Origin: Eledone cirrhosa
Taxonomy: Eukaryota
Direction: 5' to 3'
Length of the DNA: 64,000 bases
Assembly (NCBI GenBank): GCA_964016885.1
Contig: CAXHJY010000542.1
Span: 5,324-69,323, forward strand
A program made the translations under genes and the position numbers. Shown piece after piece: positions 28,603 through 41,849 of the stretch. How positions within the stretch are numbered: position 1 is the first letter of the stretch; each line of letters begins with the position of its first letter. The notes beneath the pieces are model-generated. The model had not been told where the DNA came from. It made no database searches and saw only the letters and a program-made list of their open reading frames with translations.

Positions 28603-29160
28603 CTGTATATATATATACAAACGCAAATATATGCTTTCATAAACATGTATATTTATGTATATGAATTATGTTTATATATACGTATGTGGAGGCATGTGGC
28701 CTAGTAGTAAGGGTGTTGGACTTACGAACATAATGTTGTGGGTTCTTGTACTCTCAGTCGCTTTACGCCATGAAACTGGGGTAAGCACCGGCCAAATGAG
28801 CCTTTTGGTTTAAGACAGGCTTTAGACTTATATATATGTATACATATAAAGATATATACATATAAATATATAACTTGCGCGGCAAAAATATTATTTTTCC
28901 TCCCCTGAGTCACATTATTCCGACTCTAGAGAGCCTTCATTTCATTTGTTTTGGTCTCATCTTTTCTAAAGCGACTAAAAAAACCACATCTTTACTACTG
29001 TTCAACGTTTCTCGGCTCAAAATTAATTACCTACTTAACTTTCACAGAATCAGTTCAAGGCCATGTCGAGTAATATAAACAACTGCAGAATTTTTTTGAA
29101 CGCTGCTCAAAAAAATTTATTTTAAAACAATGTTTACAGAATTAAGGAAGACACACACAC

Positions 29161-29409
<249 letters not shown>

Positions 29410-29760
29410 AATATAAATTACCGAGAATCGTATTTCGGCTTTGGAATTAGCGAAAAACAACTTCCGAGATGTGTGGCAAGCGCTCAATAATTCTGACGAA
29501 CCAGAGCTACAACATACGTTTAAGGCCAAACACACTGAGACGATGGTTAAACCGTCATCCGCACAACCATAGAAACGACCAAGTAATTCGGGTCAAACAA
29601 ATAAAAAAATATGTGATTGAAAAACTTTACCCGGACCCCTGGATGGTTGGTAAAATCCAGCATTTGGGTTTCTGCGACTCCTAAATCAAGTACTGTCCGC
29701 TTAGAGACAAATAATGTTAGGCTTCTGGTAAGATGATTGAACAAGGGAGTCACTTTCTCA

Positions 29761-30152
29761 ATATATATATTGGTAAACGGAATAGAAAATGCTGACAAAT
29801 TGTTCACAGTTGAAAAATGGTTTAATTAGGAATAAAAGAGTATTAGTGATTGTATGGGTTAGTATTCAGTTGTGGTTTTAAGTTTTTAAGTTTTTACCGG
29901 TTGCGCATTTCTAAATGCTTTTCAAAAATAATTTTGAGATAGAGTGTCCGTGTTGTTTGCTCAGAGCAAACAGCACGGACACTCTATCTCAAAATTATTT
30001 TTGAAAACCATTTAGAAATGCGCAACCGGTAAAAACTTAAAAACTTAAAACCACAACTGAATACTAACCCATACAATCACTAATACTCTTTTATTCCTAA
30101 TTAAACCATTTTTCAACTGTGAACAATTTGTCAGCATTTTCTATTCCGTTTA

Positions 30153-30165
<13 letters not shown>
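29761..30165. repeat. Near-perfect 405-bp palindrome
   Basis: Arms of about 202 bp around a 1-nt centre at 29963 (gtttgctc-a-gagcaaac); two mismatches seen. Confidence 0.95.
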
Positions 30166-30190
<25 letters not shown>

Positions 30191-30362
30191 AAAGATCCTT
30201 CCTGTGTCCTGGCGCGACCGAGTGCGAGACGGCGCGGAAGAATCTAAGACTAAGATATATATATATATATATATATATATTATACATTTATCATATATCT
30301 ATTATATATTTTTATATATTTACTATACACACACACACACGCATATATATATATATATATAT

Positions 30363-30582
30363 GAAGGCGTGTGGCTGAGTGGTTAGAGAATTGGATTCGC
30401 AATCGTGAGTTTGTGAGTTCGATTCCCGGACCAGGGGATGTGTTATGTCCTTGAGCAAGACACTTTATTTCACATTGCTCCTTATACCTGGAGTTGCGAC
30501 CGATAGATAGTATTAGCAATTGGAAAGACCAATGGAAACATTGTTTCCTCGGTCCGATTTGACGAAAGTCGATCGTTCCTTT
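30363..30582 (+). mobile_element. tRNA-derived SINE with CORE-like domain
   Basis: A box gtggctgagtggtt, B box gagttcgattccc, then tgtccttgagcaagacacttt. Reverse copies at 987-1205 and 57528-57725. Confidence 0.8.
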
Positions 30583-31801
30583 ATACATATATATATATAT
30601 ATATATATGTATTTATCACATTTATTATATATATATAATATAATAATAATATATATTATATTATTATATATTTATCTTATATTTATTATATATTTTTATA
30701 TATTTACTATATATATATTATGCATATAATATATATTTATTATGTATATTACATATTTATTATATATTTATCATATATTTATTATATATATTTATCTATT
30801 TCTATTATTTGATATTTATTTATTTATTTTTTGTTTATTATTTATCCATTTTTTATTTATTATTTATTTTGTTTTTAATTATATATACATATATACATTC
30901 ATTTACTTATTATTATCTATTTATCTATTTATCTATTTATTTAAATAAATAAATAAAGAAATATATCTATTTATTTAGTTGTTTATTTACATATTTATCT
31001 ATTTGTTGTTTGGTTGCGGTAAAGTAGAATGAAATCTACTTTCATCTCTTATATTATCGTAGAAAAAGTAGCAAGCTAATTAATATAATTTAATTAAATC
31101 ACTCAATTTGCATATAAATTAGTCTATTTCATTTTCTTAAAACTCATCAGTGCATATCAGAAAGATTTAAATTACTTAATGGTGATTAGAGATGTGAAAA
31201 AATTATTTAGTTGAATTTCTTCGTTAAATTTCTTAGTTAAATTTTTTTTGCTTTCAAAATCTTTATATAAGAGAGAAAGCAGCTAAATTATATGATTTCT
31301 TTTCTATATATTTCTATATTTTCCTATTTTACATTCCATTCTTCTCAATCTAAATTTTCTGTTATTTTCTTCTTCTATTAAACTGTATTTACAAGATTTA
31401 TTCCATAAATAAAATTACCTATTCTCTTTTTTCAGCATAAATGTGCTTCTATTGTTTATCTGATGTTGTTATTGTTGTTGCTGTTGTAGTCTCCCCCCCC
31501 CCCCCGACTCTCTCTTTTTTTCTCTCCTCCAAACATCTCAGTATTTAACATGAAAATCGATTTTGAATATTTATTTCGTGTCACAACAAGATTTTTAGAG
31601 GTTAAGGGCCGAAAAACGTTCTTGAGGTTGGGGCGTGTGTCTATGGGGGTGGGGCTGGGGTGGGGGTGTTCTTCTCTGAAGTCCTTCTGCTCTTCTGAGA
31701 GTTTCTTACCTCTTAGGAATCCGTTACTTCCATAACACGTGACATTCCAGTACACACACACACACACACAAATACACAAACACACACATATATATATATA
31801 C

Positions 31802-31886
<85 letters not shown>

Positions 31887-31932
31887 GAATATAAATGCTG
31901 TTGAAGTGGGTATATTTTGGGGGGACACCCTG

Positions 31933-32628
<696 letters not shown>

Positions 32629-32725
32629 TACATACATATATATATACATATATATATATATACATACATATATATATACATATATATATACATATATATA
32701 TATACATATATATATATGTATATAC

Positions 32726-32758
<33 letters not shown>

Positions 32759-32884
32759 TACATATACATATATACATGTATATATATGTATATATATATA
32801 CATGTATATATATACATGTATATATATGTATATATATATATATACACACGTATATTTATGTATATATATTTATATATATGTATA

Positions 32885-32947
<63 letters not shown>

Positions 32948-32982
32948 GTATATTTATGTATATATATTTATATACATGTATA

Positions 32983-33068
<86 letters not shown>

Positions 33069-33550
33069 TATATATATATATATGTGTGTCTATCCGGCTG
33101 TTTCAACGCGGCCGGAGCTCAGCCGCCGGGGTCCTGAATTTTTTCATATATATATCTATATATAGATATATGAATTATATATACATATTATATATTCATG
33201 TATTATTTTCAATAAGCATAGAAAATTTTGTGAGAGCGCGCGATTCTACATTGCTAAAACGGTCGATTCCTCACTGTTGTAGACAGTAGAAGCATCCTAG
33301 ACATAAGACACACAGAGGACCGCTGGCAAAGAATGTGCCAATTCTATAGACTGCTGGGTCAGTTGTAATGGAAATTAAGCTATCCATTTTGTCTGTTCTG
33401 TTCTTATTGACTTTGAATTGGAAGAGTCTGCACAATCATCGGAAATTATATCATCGAACGAATATGGATAGGTTGAAAATCATGTGATCTATAAGTACTT
33501 CTTTAGATACATATCATATATGTATGTCGGCACACAACGCAACACCGCCC

Positions 33551-33666
<116 letters not shown>

Positions 33667-33693
33667 TCATATATAAATGTATGCACATACATA

Positions 33694-33756
<63 letters not shown>

Positions 33757-34054
33757 TGATTCCTGATGATTTCTAATGAAATAATGAAATTATTGTGTAC
33801 AGTGCTCAGGTGCACTACAACTCATCAAAGGTGCATGTATAGTACATAGAATAATGTACAAATGTCAGGAAAATAAACAGTGTATGAGTCATGATATAAT
33901 AACAATAACAATAATGAAATATTGTGCACAGTGCCCAGGTGGAATGAAACAGTTCTAGTCCTGTAGAATCTCATCTATATTAAAACTGTTATACTCTGCT
34001 ATGTATGGAGTACCTTACTTACTGTGGTTACCTCCGATTCAACCCGGAATAACG

Positions 34055-34091
<37 letters not shown>

Positions 34092-34327
34092 ATGTATGCA
34101 TGTGTGTATGTATGTTTATCTCTTTCTCTTAATCTCGAGTACATTTTTTTTGACCGGCCACCTTTCTGGTGGCAAGGTTGTAAAAGAAGAGAAATTGTCA
34201 TCCCTTGAATCGCAAGAATGGTTTGCAAATTTTGAAGGTGCCAGCTCTATGTATGTATGTATGTATGTATGTATGTATGTATGTATGTATGTATGTATGT
34301 ATGTATGTATGTATGTATGTATGTATG

Positions 34328-35615
34328 TTCTTCTGGTTTTATAATTTCACAAACTTTTTCCAATAGAGAGAGAGAGAGAGTCAGTTTCTAACGTAGATAC
34401 ACGACTCTCTCATTGGAATTTACACATCAACTAGGTCGATATGTGTGTGGAGGTATGTATGTTATTGTATGTGTGGATGTGAATGTTTTGAGTTGTATGT
34501 GTGAATGTGCATATGCTTTGTATCTGTACAAGTGTATATGCAGTTATTAGATGCAGAACTTTTGGAATGTTTTACATATTTTTTACTGTTCCATTAATGG
34601 ATTGTACTTGTAATTTCCTAACTAGTTGTGTTCTTTCTGTTTCTGTGAAGCTCAGCTTCTCAAGATTTGTGTTTAGGCAGTTACTAACATATCCCAGTGC
34701 CCCAATAATCACAGGCATAAATCTGAAGGAATAGTCAGGGTGGAGTATCTGCAGATTTCTCATTAGTTCTGCATAGATATTTTCCTTTTCGCTAATCTTT
34801 GATATCATATTGGCATCTGCTGGGCAGCTAACTTCCACTACTGTGCATGCCTTCTTTTCCCTGTCCCATATCATTATATCAGGTCTGTTATGCCTGCATT
34901 TTATTGGTGATTTTACTGGAACATTCAATCAGTATTTCATAATATGTATATGTATGTCTTCCATATTTCTGTAGCTTTTAATGTGTTTATTATCGGGGCT
35001 ATTTTTTCTACGGATTGCATTGTACAGTGTTTTGGCCACTACATTATGCCTCATAGGTAGATAGTACCACGATGACATCTTTGGGCAGCTACTTATGACA
35101 TGGGGGACATCTTCGATGTTAATTCTGCAGAGTTTGCACTTGTTGTTACATCTAGGTGTTTTGCCTGCATCCTCTTTTGTGAATCAGGTATTTTGTGTTG
35201 ATTTCCTATTCTTGGATTGCAAAAGCATATCCTTCAAAGTGAGAGCCAATCTAGCTGTTGTTGGTCCAAGATAGACTACTTTCTTTATCTATATTACTCT
35301 CACTCTGGAGCTTCTTGGCAACATATCCATGCTTGATTTTTTGCTGATAAGCATGCAGTTTTTCATACATGGATTCACTGCGGTATTGCTGGGCAACAAC
35401 TACCCAGGGTGTAAGTTTTTTATTATCATGCAGGGGATATCTTTCAAGGAGTTCCTTCCCAACTCTCATGATCTTATCTGTCTCATGCAGACAGACTTGC
35501 TTGATAGATGGGGGCCCCTATGCTTGGAGGTTATGTGAATGTTGTCGGAGGGATATGATATGACACTCAAATTCTGTCTAGCCTGATGTTAGGCCTCTGC
35601 CTCCCTGCTTACGTT
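34328..35615 (-). mobile_element. R4/Dong-like RLE non-LTR retrotransposon, 5'-truncated and degenerate
   Basis: CKLC..EDVPHVISSC..MRHNVV zinc knuckle near 35040-35145, then HNRPDIMIWDREKKACTVVEVSCP..EKENIY..PVIIGALG (PD-(D/E)xK restriction-like endonuclease). Both ends abut (ATGT)n. Confidence 0.85.
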
Positions 35616-36184
35616 TCATGTATGTATGTATGCATGTATGTATGTATGTATGTATGTATGTATGTATGTATGTATGCATTGTGTATATCTCAAGATATAT
35701 ACATTTAATTCGACGCTCCAACAAATATGGAATCACCCACATCAATAAACATTTGTTGTTATCTATATTTCTATAAATGTACAACCAAACAGCCACTTCT
35801 TATTGCTCCATTATCTTATTTATCTTATAATACATCTAACTCTATATCCATGCATAGCAGGCGAATAAGGAAGCCTTTATTTATTCCTTTAATGGTTTCA
35901 TTGGCGGCGAATTGACAGAGTCGTTAGAACGTCGAATAGAATGCTTTGTGGTATTCGTTCCGTCACTCTGCTATCTGAGTTCAAATCCCGCCGAGGTCAA
36001 CTTTGCCTTTCATCCATTCGAGGCCGATAAAAAAAATAGCAGTCTACTACTACTACTACTACTACTACTCCACAAGGGCTTTTGTAGATTTTCATCTCCA
36101 AATTCCACCCAAAAAGCATTAGTCAACCCAGGGATGGTCTTCATTCTTTTTTTCTATGATCGTTATCCTTGAGTCTATTAATAC

Positions 36185-36513
36185 AATTTGACAGGGTCGT
36201 TAGAACGTCGGATATATTGCTTTGTGGTATTTGTTCTGGCTGTCAACTCTCAGAGTTCAAATCCCACCGAGGTCAACTTTCCCTTTCATCCTTTCGAAGT
36301 CGATAAAAAAATATACCAGTTTAGTACTGGGGTCGATTCTTCCTTTATATCTCTTTCTCACTTCCATTCGCTCACTTTCTAACCTTCTCTGGAAGAAATC
36401 TGCTGTATTCAGACCTGGAAAGGAGATGGAATCTGTCGGGGTTTTTAAAATGCCATAGAAACGTCATATGTCAATATGGTGTCCAAACGACTCCCTCGGG
36501 AGTTACGGGACCA
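36185..36513 (+). mobile_element. Nin/Deu-like SINE, long-tail type
   Basis: Same head and core, plus a tail ending ggagttacgggacc. Related copies at about 618-860(-), 8942-9247(+), 10420-10705(-), 35905-36035(+), 36545-36820(+), 56665-56950(+) and 57100-57265(+). Confidence 0.8.
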
Positions 36514-37013
36514 TGCATGCAAAAATATAGTCATTCATTATCGGTGAATTGGCAGAGTCGTTAGAACGTCAGATAGAATATTCCGGCTCTCTGCTCTTTG
36601 ATTTTAAATCCCACCGAGGTCAAATTTGTCTTTCATCCTTTCGAGGTCGATTAAAAAATAGAATACCAGTCAAGTACAAAGGTCGATTCTTCCTCTATAT
36701 CTCTTTCTCATTTCCTCTCTCTCCCTTTCTATCCTCCTCTGGAAGAAATCTACGGTATTCAGACCTGGAGGGGAGATGGGATTTTGTCAGGGTTTTAAAG
36801 TGCCCACGAATCGCTGAATGGCAATACATGCATGCACAATATATTCATGCAATGTCTGTGAATTGGCAGAGTTTGGGACTCAGCAAACGAAGTTTAGAAT
36901 TGAAATAGAAATAGAACCTTTGCCGTAATATTTCTTAATAAAATATAGTCTAATAATGGGGTGTATAACCCATTGAGTGGAAATATATTACTGCGAAGCG
37001 TATATTTCCATTT

Positions 37014-37098
<85 letters not shown>

Positions 37099-37217
37099 AA
37101 GTAATTCCGTCGGAAAAGTCCAGGAAAAAAGAGTGCTCGATGTAGGTAACAGAGCTTAATAGTTATGTAATAAACAACACTGGTAAATGGAATAATTGCC
37201 TTATGTTGTTTATTACA

Positions 37218-37300
<83 letters not shown>

Positions 37301-37315
37301 GTGTGTGTATATATA

Positions 37316-37346
<31 letters not shown>

Positions 37347-37486
37347 TGATATATATATATATGATATATTTTTCCCGTTATTTTATTTTATTTTATATTT
37401 TATATCTTTATTTTATTATATATCAGCCTCGCTTTCAATTGTAATAGCCTTTGTTTTTAAATTCATATCTTACGTCCATATTAAAT

Positions 37487-37559
37487 TTTCATTCTGATGA
37501 GCGATTTCAGACGTCTCTGTTGAGCTCGTCTGTCTTCGTGAAACCTTTGGTAAATGGAA
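37487..37559 (+). ncRNA. Type I hammerhead ribozyme
   Basis: Stem I tttcatt/aatggaa; CTGATGA 37494-37500; stem II gcga..cagacg/cgtctg..tcgt; GAAA 37540-37543; stem III ACC-ttt-GGT; GUA triplet ending 37552. Confidence 0.78.
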
Positions 37560-37649
37560 TAATTGTCTTTTGTTGTTTATTACATAATTAAAAAGCTCTG
37601 TAGCCTACATAGAGCACTCTCCTTTCCTTTACCCTTCCTACGGAAATAC

Positions 37650-37684
<35 letters not shown>

Positions 37685-38289
37685 TTTATCGTTGATATAA
37701 CAAATAATTGTTTCTACTTTTGGCACAAGGCCAGCAATTACCCAGTGCATTACTGGTACTTTATTTTATCGACCCCGTAAGGATGAAAGGCAAAGTGAAC
37801 CTCGGCGGGATTTGAACTCAGAACGTAAAGGGACGTAACTATGCTGGAAAGCATAGCGTCCGACTCTCCACCGATACTGCCAATCCAATAATAATTCTGT
37901 ATAATTACTAATTTTTTTTTTATCCGAATTGTTTTAGAGAAGGGCCTTCAAACTTCATATAGCTTAGGGTTTCAGAATGTAAAAGTCCGGCCCTGGTATC
38001 AGGGGCTACATTGTCTTATGCACCATTTCAGCATTCCTTTTTTGTTTCTTTGGCTTTCATTTTCTTCAAAGCCGATAAAATGAGATTTGAGGTAGATTTG
38101 TCTGCCATTTCTAGCTGGTCAAGCAACGCCGCAGAAGACTCTTTGTTGATTTAGAGCGCATATTTTAGTTACATTTAGTGTTTTACATGTAGGAGTTTAT
38201 CTAATGTACGTATTTTGAATTAATATATATATATATATATATATATTAATTCAAAATATTAACAAAATAGATATTCTTGTGATCAAGTA

Positions 38290-38356
38290 TATTTTATTAT
38301 ACATATTTCAGAGGTACTGAGTTAACTTCAACAGTACGTCCTCATCAGATAAAATA
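38290..38356 (-). ncRNA. Type I hammerhead ribozyme
   Basis: Minus strand reads tattttat-CTGATGA-ggacgtactg..cagtacctct-GAAA-tatgta-TA-ataaaata: perfect 8-bp stem I, stem II, near-palindromic minimal stem III. Confidence 0.8.
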
Positions 38357-38630
38357 AGATGATGCATGACATACCCCGACATAGTAGATGGTTAACATTC
38401 AGTCATGGTAGTGAGTAATATATGACAAAACTCAATATTTATATACAAACTCATTCTTTGATTTATTCATTGAACCTTGTTTAACCTTTAAATATATATA
38501 TGCAAAGTTTTATTTAAATTGTTGGGTTACAACGAGTAAATATTTATAACTGATATAAAAGCACTCAACAAGTATTTGGAGTATATTTACGATATTAAAT
38601 AAATGGAAACTATATTTATAAAACCATATT

Positions 38631-38696
38631 TATTTCATTATATATATTTCAGGGATATCATATTAAAAATATGGTATGCCTTCATCAGACAAAATA
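38631..38696 (-). ncRNA. Type I hammerhead ribozyme (left arm of palindrome)
   Basis: Minus strand reads tattttgt-CTGATGA-agg..catatt/aatatg..cct-GAAA-tatata-TA-atgaaata; 8-bp stem I with two G-U pairs. Confidence 0.75.
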
Positions 38697-38832
38697 CAAT
38701 ATAAACAGTCTTATAAATAGATAGATTTGACATACCTTACAACTTCAACTTCCATTTAAAAAGTTGATTTTAAATGGAAGTTGAAGTTGTAAGGTATGTC
38801 AAATCTATCTATTTATAAGACTGTTTATATTG

Positions 38833-38898
38833 TATTTTGTCTGATGAAGGCATACCATATTTTTAATATGATATCCCTGAAATATATATAATGAAATA
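38833..38898 (+). ncRNA. Type I hammerhead ribozyme (right arm of palindrome, mirror of 38631-38696)
   Basis: CTGATGA 38841-38847, GAAA 38879-38882, AUA triplet ending 38890; exact inverted copy of the left-arm HHR. Confidence 0.75.
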
Positions 38899-38938
38899 AA
38901 TATGGTTTTATAAATATAGTTTCCATTTATTTAATATC

Positions 38939-38998
<60 letters not shown>

Positions 38999-39313
38999 GA
39001 TATGCTAAAGTAGTTTACATAATTGTTTCTACTTTAGGCACAAGGCCAGCAATTACCCAGTGCATTACTGGTACTTTATTTTATCGACCCCGTAAGGATG
39101 AAAGGCAAAGTCAACCTCGGCGGGATTTGAACTCAGATCGTAAAGGGACGTAACTATGCTGGAAAGCATGGCGTCCGACCCTCTACCGATACTGCCAATC
39201 CACCACCCTTAAAGTAGTTTACATAATGTAGGATATTTGACGCTGATTTTCCTCCACTTTCTCTCCTTTCCTCACAGACATACGTGTGTTTGTGTGTGTA
39301 TGTGTATGTCTCT

Positions 39314-39400
<87 letters not shown>

Positions 39401-40039
39401 GCAACATGTTTAACTGGAACGTATCAAGATAATTGCAATACGATGAGCGATAAAAACAAAATCAGTAGGAATCAATAAGAACGTTGTAAAACATCGAATA
39501 TGGCTGGGGGAGGGAGGGAAGAGGGGGGGGGGGAGAAACTGGCAGGTCTCTCTCCCACCACATACATATATATATATATAATTGTTTCTAGTTTTTTTGC
39601 ACAAGGCCAGCAATTATCCCAGTGCATTACTGGTACTTTATTTTATCGACCCCGTAAGGATATATAATTGTTTCTACTTTTGGCACAAGGCCAGCAATTA
39701 CCCCAGTGCATTACTGGTACTTTATTTTATCGACCCCGTAAGGATATATAATTGTTTCTACTTTAGGCACAAGGCCAGCAATTACCCCAGTACATTACTG
39801 GTACTTTATTTTATCGACCCCGTAAGGATGAAAGGCAAAGTTAACCTCGGCGGGATTTGAACTCAGATCGTAAAGGGCCGTAACTCTATGCTGCAAAGCA
39901 TGGCGTCCGACTCTCTACCGATACTGCCAATCCACCAACATTAAATGTTTCTACTTTTGGCACAAGGCCGGGAAATACCACAGTACATTACTGGTACTTT
40001 ATTTTATCGACCTCGTAAGGATGTATAATATAATATAAT

Positions 40040-41760
40040 ACACGCACATACAGTACATATACACACAATACACATACATACAGTACATATACACACAATA
40101 CACATACATACAGTACATATACACACAATACACATACATACAGTACATATACACACAATACACATACATACAGTACATATACACACAATACACATACATA
40201 CAGCACATATACACACAATACACATACATACAGTACATATACACACAATACACATACATACAGCACATATACACACAATACACATACATACAGTACATAT
40301 ACATACAATACACATACAGAGTACACACACACACACATACATACAATAGACACAGTACACACACACACACATACATACAATAGACACAGTACACCCACAC
40401 ACATACATACAATAGACACAGTACACACACATACTTACAATAGACACAGTACACACACACACATACATACAATAGACACAGTACACACACATACTTACAA
40501 TAGACACAGTACACACACACATACATACAATAGATACAGTACACACACAGACACACACGCACACACACACATACATACAATAGACACAGTACACACACAC
40601 ACACACATACAATAGACACAGTACACACACACATACATACAATAGACACAGTACACACACACATACAATAGACACAGTACACACACACACACATACATAC
40701 AATAGACACAGTACACACACATACAATAGACACAGTACACACACATACAATAGACACAGTACACACACATACAATAGACACAGTACACATAGATACAATA
40801 GACACAGTACACACACACATACAATAGACACAGTACACACACACATACATACAATAGACACAGTACACACACATACAATAGACACAGACACACACACATA
40901 CAATAGACACAGTACACACACACATACATACAATAGACACAGTACACACACATACAATAGACACAGTACACACACATACACAGACACACACACATACAAT
41001 AGACACAGTACACACACACATACATACAATAGACACAGTACACACACACACACACACATACATACAATAGACACAGTACACACACATACAATAGACACAG
41101 TACACACACATACAATAGACACAGTACACACACATACACAGACACACATACATACAATAGACACAGTACACACACACACATACATACAATAGACACAGTA
41201 CACACACACATACATACAATAGACACAGTACACACACATACACAGACACACATACATACAATAGACACAGTACACACACATACAAAAGACACAGTACACA
41301 CACACACATACATACAATAGACACAGTACACACACACATACATACAATAGACACAGTACACACACATACACAGACACACATACATACAATAGACACAGTA
41401 CACACACATACAATAGACACAGTACACACACACACATACATACAATAGACACAGTACACACACACATACATACAATAGACACAGTACACACACATACACA
41501 GACACACATACATACAATAGACACAGTACACATACATACAAAAGACACAGTACACACACACACATACATACAATAGACACAGTACACACACACATACATA
41601 CAATAGACACAGTACACACACATACACAGACACACATACATACAATAGACACAGTACACACACATACAATAGACACAGTACACACACACACACATACATA
41701 CAATAGACAAAGTACACACACACACACACATACAATAGACACAGTACACACACAATAGAG
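40040..41760. repeat. CA-derived compound minisatellite
   Basis: Repeating acatacaatagacacagtacacac with variable CA runs. Confidence 0.93.
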
Positions 41761-41849
41761 ATAAGCACACAGTAGACTACAAGTGAAAGTTAATGGAGCT
41801 ATTTAGTGGCTAGTCTACAATAGTTATTGTCAGCACATTGTATTTTGGT

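Larger units (their letters stand above)
38588..38941. repeat. 354-bp palindrome carrying two mirror hammerheads
   Basis: 174-bp arms, 6-nt loop agttga (38762-38767); no mismatch noticed. Confidence 0.95.

Noticed and set aside
30363-30435. tRNA gene
   Set aside because: A and B boxes run into a SINE body and occur in several diverged copies; no clean acceptor stem.
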